A stretch of DNA of 35,642 nucleotides from Sandaracinaceae bacterium (GTDB lineage: Bacteria > Myxococcota_A > Polyangia > Polyangiales > JADJQN01): positions 1 to 35,642 of the forward strand of contig CANKOL010000009.1 of the NCBI GenBank assembly GCA_947483975.1, in the 5' to 3' direction. How positions within the stretch are numbered: position 1 is the stretch's first letter; each line of letters opens with the position of its first letter. The notes below the pieces were generated by a model. It was not told where the DNA came from. It saw nothing but the letters and a program-made list of their open reading frames with translations, and searched no databases. The translations under genes were made by a program, and so were the position numbers. Positions 9,018-17,560 of the stretch are shown piece by piece.

Positions 9018-9575
9018 ATGGCGACGGAGCGGCACTCCCCACGGCGGTCAGGCTTCACCCTGATTGAGCTCATGATCGTCGTCGCGATCATCGGCGTGCT
9101 CGCCGCCATCGCGATTCCGTCGTTCATCGGCTACATGCGAATCACCAAGGGCTCGGAGGCGACGGGTAACCTGAACGCGCTCTTCAAGAGAGCGGTGAGC
9201 TACTACAACGTCGAGCGCTCCAGCCAGGGCCGCAGCGCGCCCGTCCAGGGGAGTTGCACCGTCGCTTCCGCCGCGCGCAAGCCGACGACTCCCGCTGCGG
9301 CGAAGCAACAGTACGACTTTGCGACGAGCGCTGACCCAGAGTTCAACGCCCTCGGCTTCGCCTCCGCCGACTACCTCTATTTCGGCTACGGCATCCAAAG
9401 CCCCGCCGGAGTCTGCGGCAACGCCCCAAGCCGGACGAACATCTACACGCTCTTCGCCAACGGCGACCTCGACGGCGATGGAACGCTCTCGACCTTCGAG
9501 CTTCCGGTCGGCAGCGGCTCGAGCAACGAGCTTTACCACTCGCGCGGCTACTACATCGTGAACGAGGGCGAGTGA
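9018..9575 (+). CDS. Type IV pilin paralog (pilin 4, 185 aa)
   Basis: [34 protein letters not shown]; colinear with the pilA copies (SEATGNLNA.FKRAVSYYNVER, FANGDLDGD, NELYHSRG). Confidence 0.9.
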   Translation: MATERHSPRRSGFTLIELMIVVAIIGVLAAIAIPSFIGYMRITKGSEATGNLNALFKRAVSYYNVERSSQGRSAPVQGSCTVASAARKPTTPAAAKQQYDFATSADPEFNALGFASADYLYFGYGIQSPAGVCGNAPSRTNIYTLFANGDLDGDGTLSTFELPVGSGSSNELYHSRGYYIVNEGE

Positions 9576-9697
9576 GCCCCAGTTGCGGTGGCTCCGCGCG
9601 CGCGACCGGGCGACGGCTTGCGTTCGCCGCGACGCGCTAGCTCCGTCAGCCACTCGAACGATGAAACGGGCCGCTCGCGCCGAGCGCTTCCTGTTCT

Positions 9698-10627
9698 ATG
9701 ATGCGCGCGCCCATCGTGTCGCGTGACGTCCGCTCGCTGCTCCGCACGGTCGCTGTGCTGCTCCTGGCAGGAGTCGGCGCTGCGCTCGTGCGGCCCGCGG
9801 CGATGAAGAGCTATCTCGCGGGCGAGCGCTACGAGGACATCTACTACCTACCGCCGCCAGCCTGGCTCCGCGTGTTCTCGCTCGGGCACGAGGAGGCCCT
9901 CGCCGACCTCATCTGGATGCGCGCGCTCGTGTACTTCGGTGATGAGCTGACGAACCGGGGCGAGGTCGCGCACGTGTTCGACTACGGCGATGCCATCGCG
10001 ACTCTCGACCCGTACTTCGTGGCCGTCTACCGGTGGGCGGGCACGAGCGCCCTGTACCACCCGGGGACGATCACGGCGCGCGACGGCCTGCGCGCGGTGG
10101 CGTTCCTCGAGCGCGGTCTGCGCCGTTTCCCGGACAACGGAGAGCTGCTCTGGGAACTCGGCGCGACGCTCTCCTACGAGCTCCCCCCGCTGCTCGACGA
10201 CCCTGCTGCCAAGCGCGACGCCAAGCGGCGCGGCGTTCCTTACCTCGAGGCCGCGGCGAGGCTCGGCGCGGGTCCTGCCTGGCTGGTCTTGACGAACGCG
10301 ACGCAGCTCGAGCGCCTCGGTCGAACGGAGCAGGCGATCCGGCACCTCGAGGAGATGTACGCGACGGTGCGGGACGAGGACGTGCGCGCCCAGATCGGCC
10401 TGCAGTTGGGCCGCCTTCGCAGCGCGGCGTACGCCGAGGCCTTCGAAGCGGCGCAGCGGGATGTAGACGCACGACGCTGGCGCGACGCCGCGTACCTCGC
10501 GCCCACGCTGTACCTGCTCACCGAGCCGTGGCCGCAGGCCGGGGAGCGCGCGCGCTGGCTTCGAAACTGGTTCCTCGACGCACCGGACGAGGCGCCGCCG
10601 ACATCTACGCAGGGCGCGCCTCCATGA
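9698..10627 (+). CDS. Membrane-anchored TPR-like protein resembling myxobacterial PilG-type pilin-locus accessory proteins
   Basis: N-terminal hydrophobic segment; ADLIWMRALVYFG...LDPYFVAVYRWAG...FLERGLRRFP...GAGPAWL pattern recalled from PilG-like proteins; position after the pilins. Start may be GTG 9716 (TATGAT at 9697-9702). Confidence 0.65.
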   Translation: MMRAPIVSRDVRSLLRTVAVLLLAGVGAALVRPAAMKSYLAGERYEDIYYLPPPAWLRVFSLGHEEALADLIWMRALVYFGDELTNRGEVAHVFDYGDAIATLDPYFVAVYRWAGTSALYHPGTITARDGLRAVAFLERGLRRFPDNGELLWELGATLSYELPPLLDDPAAKRDAKRRGVPYLEAAARLGAGPAWLVLTNATQLERLGRTEQAIRHLEEMYATVRDEDVRAQIGLQLGRLRSAAYAEAFEAAQRDVDARRWRDAAYLAPTLYLLTEPWPQAGERARWLRNWFLDAPDEAPPTSTQGAPP

Positions 10628-10682
10628 GCGGCGCGTCTCGCCCGGACCACTACCGCCTTTGACGGCTGCGGAGCCTCGCACC

Positions 10683-11237
10683 ATGCTCGCCCGCGTGAAG
10701 CGCCGCGCCGGAATGACTCTCGTCGAGGCCAGCGCCGTCGTCTGCGTAGGGGGCGTGTTGCTCGCGGTGTTCGTACCAACCTTCACGCGGCATCTGCACG
10801 CGAGCAAGACCGCCGAAGCGGCAGAGCAGCTCGCCACGCTGCAGAGGCTCTCCGCCGCGTATTATGCGGCACGGCACGCTGGTGCTGACGGGCACGTGCG
10901 TCAGCGCTGCCTTCCGGAGGCGGCAGGACCCGCGCCAGCGGCGCCGACTGTCGACCCCGTCGCGGTGGACTTCCGAGCCGCGACTACGCCAGGCACGTCG
11001 ACCTGGCAAGGCCTCGGCTTTGCGCCAGCGGACCCGACGCGTTTCAGCTACACGCTGACGCCCATCGCAGCGGGCTGTGGCGTCACCGCGGGAGGGCGCG
11101 CGCACGTCCTCGTGTTGACCGCCGAGGGAGACCTCGATGGCGACGGTGTGCGGTCACACTTCGAGCGACGCGCCACTGTCCGCGGCGACGATCTGGTGCC
11201 GACGGGCGTCCTGATCGTCGCGCAACGCGTGGAGTGA
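10683..11237 (+). CDS. Minor pilin-like protein (pilin 5, 184 aa)
   Basis: MLARVKRRAG|MTLVEASAVVCVGGVLLAVFVP (Met+1, Glu5, Pro22), SKTAEA, Cys pair, AEGDLDGDG; GGAG RBS. Confidence 0.8.
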   Translation: MLARVKRRAGMTLVEASAVVCVGGVLLAVFVPTFTRHLHASKTAEAAEQLATLQRLSAAYYAARHAGADGHVRQRCLPEAAGPAPAAPTVDPVAVDFRAATTPGTSTWQGLGFAPADPTRFSYTLTPIAAGCGVTAGGRAHVLVLTAEGDLDGDGVRSHFERRATVRGDDLVPTGVLIVAQRVE

Positions 11238-11244
11238 CTCCCGG

Positions 11245-13998
11245 TCAGCCCGGGTTCAGCGTCAGGACCTTGGTCTCCGTGCCGCCCGCCGTGATGTCGA
11301 CGGTGATCGTCTGCCGAATGTTGAACTCGGTGTTCACGAGCGTCACGCGGTGGGAGCCCGCCCGAAGCGGGATGTTCATCTGCGGCGTGTTGCCGATGAG
11401 CGCCCCATCGACGTAGACCTGCGACCAAGGCCGCGTATTGATGCGAAGCGTACCGGTGCCACCCGTCGCCGCGACGGCAGTAGTGCCTCCACCGCCAACG
11501 TTCGTACCGCCGCCGCCTGCGGGCGGCCTCGCGGTACCACCGGGACGACCGCCGCCCGGGTGCGTTCCGCCGACCGCCGCCACGTGCGGTCGAGCCACGA
11601 GCGCAGCCTCGACGGTGGCGCTCGGCTGGCTCGGCGAGAGGCTGAGAGCCTGCGTGAAGGTCTCGAAGTTGTCCTTGGAGACCTCGACCGTCCAAGCGCC
11701 GCCAGCGAGTTCGACGTCCGCGTGAACGGGGGTCGTACCCACGAGGCGACGCTCGCTCCCGCGCAGCAGCGCGACCTGAGCGCCATCCGGCGTAGAGCGG
11801 AAGTCGACGGACACCGCGCGCAGGTTGAGCACCGCCGCCGGCAGTTGCATGACCTGACCCGCGCCGACCTGAATTTGAGTCTGCCAGGCGTCGAACTGCG
11901 CCCCAGCCTCGACCCGAATCGTGTGCGCTCCTGGCTGAAGATCACTCACCGAAACCGGCGAGCGCTGCGGCAACTCGCGCCCGTCGACGAAGACCTTCGC
12001 GCCGGTTGGCTGCGAGTCGAGCGTGAAGCCACTGCCGCCCTGCGGAACGGGCGTGCCCCCGACCGCCGCGATGGCCGGACCGGCCCCGACGCCGACCGGC
12101 GCGCCGCTGCCGCCCTGCGCCTCGAGCACGACGGGCCCGAGCGTGAGCGTCTGGTTGGGCTGAACGCGCACCTGCTGAGACCACGTCTGATAGCCGGTCT
12201 TGCTGACCTCGATCAGGTGCATCTCACCCGGCTGGACGTCCGCGATGACGAACGGGCTCGACGTAGCCTGCACGGGACGGGTGTCGAACAAGACCACCGG
12301 GTCGTTGGGCGTCGTCGTGAGCTGGATGGTGCCCGGCTGGCTGCGTCCGAAGACGAACCAACCGCCAGCCGCCAACACGCCGAGCAGCAAGACCGCCGCG
12401 ACAGCGACGAGCGGCAGCAAGCTGCTCTTCGGCTTCTCCTTCGGCCGGCTGGTGACCGCGGTAGGCTCACGCCGCTGCGGAATCCCAGGCGTCAGACCGG
12501 CCGCGGGGTAATCGGGAGGCGCGGGCAGGTCGAACGGCGAAGGGGCGCCGACGACCGGGCCCGGGGCTGGAATGGGCCGAGTGGGAGCCGGGGCGGGACG
12601 CGGGGGCCCGGCAAGCGGAGGTGCGATCGGCGTCGGCTGCGAGACGGGCGGGAGCGGCGCCGGGCCTGGGGGCGCAGGCCTGAAGTCGTCCGGCTTGTCG
12701 TAGATCTGGGTGGAGAGTTCCTCCTCGTCCCAGTCCATGTCGAGCACCGCGGGAGCAGACACCGGCGCGGCCGCGACTGGCGATGGGCCGACCGTCGGCG
12801 GAGGCGCAGGCGGCTGGGGTACTCCCGACACTCGAGGCGGAGGTGGAGGCGGCGCAGCGGGCTTCGAGAGTCGAGGCCCCGGCGGGGGAGGCGGCACGAC
12901 GGCCATGCCCATCAGCGTCGCTTTCCGCTGGGAAGGACGCGGCGGCGGGTTCGTCGGCGCGTTCATCGCCTGGCCCGACGTCGCGGGCGGAAGATCGTCG
13001 AACGCATCGAGTCCGCTGCCGGCGACGCTCGTGATCTTCGCGTACTCCTCGTCCTTGGCGCTCTCCTTCGCGATGTCGTCCGCGAAAGCCTTGCGCATGT
13101 ACGCCGCGAGGTCCTTGCGCGCGAAGAAGTTGCCGCTCGTGTACATGAACGACTGAAGATCGTCGTGCAGGTCCATCGCGGTCTGATAGCGGTCGTCGAC
13201 GTCCTTGCTGAGCGCCTTGAGCACGATCTGCTCGAGCTCTTCCGGGATGCGCCGGTTGTACGTACTCGGCGGCATGATCTCGACGTTGCGGACCTTCTCC
13301 AGCGTGGAGAAGTCGCTCTCGCCGACGAACAGGCGCTCGCCCGTGAGCAACTCGTAGAGCACGATGCCGACCGCGAAGATGTCGGAGCGGCGGTCGAGCG
13401 GGAGCCCGCGGACCTGCTCCGGCGACATGTAGCCGAACTTCCCCTTGAGGATGCCCGCCTGCGTCTTGCCGGCCTTGCCCGCCGCCTTCGCGATCCCGAA
13501 GTCGACGATCTTCACCTCACCGTCGTACGAGATGAGGACGTTCTGCGGGCTCACGTCGCGATGCACGATGTTGAGGTCGCGCCCCGCGGGGTCCTTCTTG
13601 TCGTGGGCGTAGGCGAGGCCCTCGCACACCTTCATGATGTTGTAGCAAGCCATCGGCACGGGCAGCGGCTCGCCGCGCTTGCGGGCTCGATCGAAGATCG
13701 CGCGCAGATCCTTCCCGTGGATGAACTCGAGCGCGATGAAGTAGCTGTCGCCGACCTTCCCGAGGTCGAAGATCTGGGCGATGTTCGCGTGCGTCAGTTG
13801 CACGGAGATCTTCGCCTCGTCGATGAACATCGTGATGAACTCGATGTCCTCGGCGATGCTGGGCAGGATGCGTTTGACCGCGACGAGCCTCTCGAAGCCC
13901 TCGACGCCAAAGGCCTTGCCCTTGAACACCTCGGCCATGCCGCCCACGTTGACGCGGTCTAGCAGGAGGTATTTCCCGAACGGGATGGGCTTCTTCAC
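11245..13998 (-). CDS. Hanks-type Ser/Thr protein kinase with Pro-rich linker, TM helix and extracytoplasmic PEGA repeats
   Basis: GGMAEVF, VAVKR, HRDVSPQN, DFG, GKFGYMSPEQ, SDIFAVG; TM LLPLVAVAAVLLLGVLAAGGWFVF; about 4 PEGA-like units; GAGAGGA RBS before the GTG. Confidence 0.95.
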   Translation of the reverse strand: MKKPIPFGKYLLLDRVNVGGMAEVFKGKAFGVEGFERLVAVKRILPSIAEDIEFITMFIDEAKISVQLTHANIAQIFDLGKVGDSYFIALEFIHGKDLRAIFDRARKRGEPLPVPMACYNIMKVCEGLAYAHDKKDPAGRDLNIVHRDVSPQNVLISYDGEVKIVDFGIAKAAGKAGKTQAGILKGKFGYMSPEQVRGLPLDRRSDIFAVGIVLYELLTGERLFVGESDFSTLEKVRNVEIMPPSTYNRRIPEELEQIVLKALSKDVDDRYQTAMDLHDDLQSFMYTSGNFFARKDLAAYMRKAFADDIAKESAKDEEYAKITSVAGSGLDAFDDLPPATSGQAMNAPTNPPPRPSQRKATLMGMAVVPPPPPGPRLSKPAAPPPPPPRVSGVPQPPAPPPTVGPSPVAAAPVSAPAVLDMDWDEEELSTQIYDKPDDFRPAPPGPAPLPPVSQPTPIAPPLAGPPRPAPAPTRPIPAPGPVVGAPSPFDLPAPPDYPAAGLTPGIPQRREPTAVTSRPKEKPKSSLLPLVAVAAVLLLGVLAAGGWFVFGRSQPGTIQLTTTPNDPVVLFDTRPVQATSSPFVIADVQPGEMHLIEVSKTGYQTWSQQVRVQPNQTLTLGPVVLEAQGGSGAPVGVGAGPAIAAVGGTPVPQGGSGFTLDSQPTGAKVFVDGRELPQRSPVSVSDLQPGAHTIRVEAGAQFDAWQTQIQVGAGQVMQLPAAVLNLRAVSVDFRSTPDGAQVALLRGSERRLVGTTPVHADVELAGGAWTVEVSKDNFETFTQALSLSPSQPSATVEAALVARPHVAAVGGTHPGGGRPGGTARPPAGGGGTNVGGGGTTAVAATGGTGTLRINTRPWSQVYVDGALIGNTPQMNIPLRAGSHRVTLVNTEFNIRQTITVDITAGGTETKVLTLNPG

Positions 13999-14264
13999 CG
14001 GGTTCCTCTCGACGACAGACAGCGGGGCACGGTGACCTCTGGCCGAGCAGCCTAGACCAGGGTCCGGGGCGCTTCAGCGTAAACGGACGAAGTTAAATAC
14101 GCGAGTTCTTCAAGTGAGGTCAACAGTCTAGCGGCGTTCCGCGTCGCGAATCGAACGGTCGGTCGGCGGCGCACGAGGTCACGAAGAGACGGACCCGCGA
14201 TCAGTGGACGGTCTTGGGCGGCCGTCCGGTGGGGCCACGGAAGCCCGTCGGTGCGCGGCCCTGG

Positions 14265-16964
14265 TCAGCGCGTGCCGGGCGGACGAACGAAGCGCGGGGC
14301 GCGAGTTGCGTCGGGGAAATACCGCACGCGAGCGCCCTGCAGGCGGCCCCAGCGAGTGTACGGGAGCGGCGCCGTTTCGGGAAAGAGCACGTCCGCTGCG
14401 GGGCGCTCGTCGGCGCTGAGTGGCAGCGCGCTCGCGACGTCAACCTCGCGCTCGCGCGCGCCGTCCACGGCGATCGTTCGGTCGCCGGCGACGAAGGCGA
14501 GTCGCACTGCGTCGGGTAGCGCGACCGCGCGCTCGACGCCCGCAGCGTGCAGTCGCTGGGCGAGCGGAACGTCGTCACCGACCTCTTGCTCGACGTAGAC
14601 GACGAACCCCTCGGCGTCGACGCCCACCGCCGCACGGGCGGCCGGGACGGTGCCCGCGTCGCGACCGGCGATGATCGTTCGCGCGCCCGCCGGCGGCGTC
14701 CCGACTTGGTAGTTGGTGCCGACAGCGCCCGGCGCGCCGCCGCGCGTCGCATACAACGCGAAGCCCGAACCGTCGCGCCCGAGTGACCGCGCGTTCGCGA
14801 AGTAGGCGAGCGGACGGCTCGAGGCGCCTTGCGTCGTCGCGGTCGGCACAGCGCGCGCCGCGTCGATGCGCACGACCCACGCGCGTGCATCGCCGGAGCC
14901 GAGCACGGCGCGCGCGAACGCGTGGGGCCACCCAGCGTGGGGCAGGCCCTGCGTGGAGAAGCGGACAGGGTGCGCAGGGTCCGGACCGGCGAGGTCGGGG
15001 CCAGGCACCATCGCGCGCAGCGTGAGGAAGAAGAAGTCGCGCGGGTCACGCCGGATGTAGCGAGGGAAGCGCATCGGATCCATCGACAGCACGGCCTTCC
15101 GGGCGCGGACGGTCCACGCGCCCGTCGCATCCTCGGCGTTCGGCAGCGGGCCCTCCCATGCGTCGTCGCCGAGCGGAGTGCTGAGCCCGGGCAAGGAGCT
15201 CGGCGCGCGCGCGAGTCGGTAGAACTCGAAGCCGGTGTGCTTCGAGTTCATGTCGAGGTGCATACCGCGCACGCAGCGCACGGCGTTCATCGACGCGCCG
15301 ACGGCCTCCGGGCCCATGCTGCCGCCCCAGAAGAACGCCATGAAGCCTTCGCGCGTGACGCACAGGCCGGAGCGATGCGTGAAGGTCTGCTCGGTCGCAA
15401 CCTCGGGCGCTGCGCCCCACCACCAGCGCCCCCACGGGTTGTAGACGCCGTCCTCCACCACGCTCGTGAGGTTCTGGCGCATCGCGATCATCCCCGCGGG
15501 AATCTGTGCGTTGGCCGCGCTCTCGTCGTAGTCCCTCTGCGACACCGGCGGTGGCCACGACCCGAGCCCGACGTGCCCATCGTCGAAGACGGCGACCGTC
15601 GCAGCCCACGGCTTCGGCGGCAGGTAGACGCGCCCGTCGGCCATCATCCCGAACTCGCCGTGCAGTGCCTGAAAGCCCCCGTTGAATCCCCCGACGAGCC
15701 GCGACAGCGTGCGTTCGTCGCGCGGGACGAGCCCGGTGCCGGTCTCGCCGGTGGCGCTCTCAGGCTCGCGCGTCCCCATCGCGATGTGCAGCTGGACTTG
15801 CCGCGCGTCCCAGATCGTCACGAACATCCGCGCGTAACGGCGCTCCGCGTCCGGGCGCAGGAACGTCTGGTAGAACGCGGGCGGCGCGTTGGGCCACGTC
15901 TGCACGAACGCGGGGTCATCCACGGCGAGCCACTCGCCCTCGCCCTGCAGCGGGTCATCGAGCACGGGCACCGCTGGCGCCGGCGGCCAACCGGCCTCTG
16001 CGTCGGCCTCTGCGAGCAGCGCGCGCGTCGCAGTGTCGCCGTGCCCGCTGCCCCCGCGGTGCGCTGCCGAGCGCGCGCCACCAAGCTCGCTCGCCGCGTC
16101 GGCCGCCTCGGAGCTTGCGTCGCCAGCCACCGCGTAGCGCAGCCGCGCGAGACGGTCCTGCAGGCCGAAGACCGTGTGCTCGAGCCACTCGATGGGCCCT
16201 GCCCCGATGAAGGACACGTTGCGCACCGTGTCGACGGCCCACGTGATCGTGCCCGGGACCGACTTCTCGGTGGGTCGCACCTCGACGAGGCTCGCGCCCT
16301 CGATCGGTACCTGCCGCGCTGGGTCGATGACGATACGCGCGCCATCCGCCACGACGACGAAATGCCCGTCACCGCGGGCGACCGCGAGCTGTGAGGCAGG
16401 CGCGACGAGACCGTAGCGCCGCTTACCAAAGCCCGCCGTTCGTCCGGTCTCCTGCAGGTTCGTGATCGCGTTCTGAACGCGGGCGCGCAGCGGCCAGCCG
16501 CGGGTCAATGACCGGGGCTCACCGCGCACATCGAGCACGGTGACCGCATCGAAGCGGTTTCCGACCCGCGACGCGTAGAGCACCGCGTCGCCGAGCGCGA
16601 CGGGAGGCGCCTCGGCTGCGCTGGAAGTGCGCGTGAGGTTCGTCGTCGCCCGTACGTCGAGGACCCCGCCGCCAGCGGTGCAGCGCGCGCTCGCGAAGTA
16701 GAGGTCGTCGAGCTCCCCGGGTGCGTGCGCGAGGAAGAGCGCAGGGCGCGACGAGAGCGCCGACACGTCGTCGGCGAGCCACAGCACCGTGGCTGGATCG
16801 ACCCGCAATCCGGTGCGGGCCAGCGCTGCAGCGAGCGAGCGCGCATGGTCACCGGCGTTCGCTCCGGACGACGTGGCGCGCACCGCCACCAGCACCGCGA
16901 GCGCGACCGCGACCGCACCCAGCCATCGTCCCCGTCGCCGGAGGAACTCGCGCATGCGCTTCAC
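14265..16964 (-). CDS. Exported multidomain protein with a phosphodiester glycosidase (NAGPA-like) domain, about 899 aa
   Basis: Signal-like N-terminus from GTG 16964 or ATG 16955; GGFNGGF...GMMADG...RQNL...RSGLCVT...MHLDMN motif series typical of NAGPA-family proteins. Confidence 0.7.
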   Translation of the reverse strand: MKRMREFLRRRGRWLGAVAVALAVLVAVRATSSGANAGDHARSLAAALARTGLRVDPATVLWLADDVSALSSRPALFLAHAPGELDDLYFASARCTAGGGVLDVRATTNLTRTSSAAEAPPVALGDAVLYASRVGNRFDAVTVLDVRGEPRSLTRGWPLRARVQNAITNLQETGRTAGFGKRRYGLVAPASQLAVARGDGHFVVVADGARIVIDPARQVPIEGASLVEVRPTEKSVPGTITWAVDTVRNVSFIGAGPIEWLEHTVFGLQDRLARLRYAVAGDASSEAADAASELGGARSAAHRGGSGHGDTATRALLAEADAEAGWPPAPAVPVLDDPLQGEGEWLAVDDPAFVQTWPNAPPAFYQTFLRPDAERRYARMFVTIWDARQVQLHIAMGTREPESATGETGTGLVPRDERTLSRLVGGFNGGFQALHGEFGMMADGRVYLPPKPWAATVAVFDDGHVGLGSWPPPVSQRDYDESAANAQIPAGMIAMRQNLTSVVEDGVYNPWGRWWWGAAPEVATEQTFTHRSGLCVTREGFMAFFWGGSMGPEAVGASMNAVRCVRGMHLDMNSKHTGFEFYRLARAPSSLPGLSTPLGDDAWEGPLPNAEDATGAWTVRARKAVLSMDPMRFPRYIRRDPRDFFFLTLRAMVPGPDLAGPDPAHPVRFSTQGLPHAGWPHAFARAVLGSGDARAWVVRIDAARAVPTATTQGASSRPLAYFANARSLGRDGSGFALYATRGGAPGAVGTNYQVGTPPAGARTIIAGRDAGTVPAARAAVGVDAEGFVVYVEQEVGDDVPLAQRLHAAGVERAVALPDAVRLAFVAGDRTIAVDGAREREVDVASALPLSADERPAADVLFPETAPLPYTRWGRLQGARVRYFPDATRAPRFVRPPGTR

Positions 16965-16976
16965 GCGCGCCGAAAT

Positions 16977-16992
16977 AGCACGCCGAGTGCCA
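16977..16992 (-). promoter_or_regulatory. Sigma54 promoter of the NAGPA-like gene
   Basis: Minus strand TGGCACT-CGGC-GTGCT, with GTG 12 nt downstream. Confidence 0.7.
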
Positions 16993-17108
16993 CCGCGTGA
17001 GCGGTGGTCGCGCTCCCAGCGCACACGACGTCCCCGCACCGCGCCACCGTGAAGCCGGTGCGTTCCGCGTCGACGCACGAGCATGCTCGCGCGCGCCCCG
17101 ATAGCGAG

Positions 17109-17543
17109 TCAGGTCCGGACGGCGAAGAACGATGCGCTTCGGTCAGTGACCCGCAGCCCCGCGAACGTGAGCACGGTCCGACCGAGCGGGAGGTCCGCGG
17201 TCGCGCCGCTCGCCACATGTGCGGACGTCCCTCCCCCAACCACCAGCAGCGTCCGCTCGCCGAGCTCACGCGACCCTTGGACGGTGATGGCCAACGGGCC
17301 GCGGCCGCTCGGAAGTTCGCCGTCCCACGCCCAAAGGAGGAGCCCCCCGCGGGCGTCCCGCAGCACCGCGTTCATGACGGGCCGCACGCCGTGCGCGCCC
17401 CTGGAGACCTCGAGTGACACCACGGAACCCTTGAGCGGGGCGAGGTCGAGCAACCTCCGTGGCGGCGCTCTGGCTCTCCGCATGCGTAGCGCTTTCCAGA
17501 CCGGCGGGCGCAGCCCAACGAAACGCTTGTGTCCCTCGAGCAT
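17109..17543 (-). CDS. Hypothetical protein, start uncertain, possibly 5'-truncated
   Basis: Fills the gap between genes; the C-terminal ~110 aa look like a beta-rich globular protein, while the N-terminus is Arg-rich and overlaps a divergent promoter. Confidence 0.45.
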   Translation of the reverse strand: MLEGHKRFVGLRPPVWKALRMRRARAPPRRLLDLAPLKGSVVSLEVSRGAHGVRPVMNAVLRDARGGLLLWAWDGELPSGRGPLAITVQGSRELGERTLLVVGGGTSAHVASGATADLPLGRTVLTFAGLRVTDRSASFFAVRT

Positions 17544-17554
17544 CTCGCTACCGT
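17527..17554 (+). promoter_or_regulatory. Sigma70-type promoter abutting the lipoprotein start (leaderless)
   Basis: TTGTGT-N16-TACCGT-N6-ATG(17561). Confidence 0.5.
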
Positions 17555-17560
17555 GCGCTG

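Noticed and set aside
6786..9575. Invertible (shufflon/Piv-type) pilin switch
   Set aside because: All pilins face the same way, each has its own leader, and no invertase or inverted recombination sites were seen.
11350..13962. 870-aa plus-strand ORF
   Set aside because: Antisense shadow of the kinase.
14070..14135. AT-rich patch upstream of the kinase
   Set aside because: Probably promoter DNA, but no -35/-10 pair with convincing spacing could be assigned.
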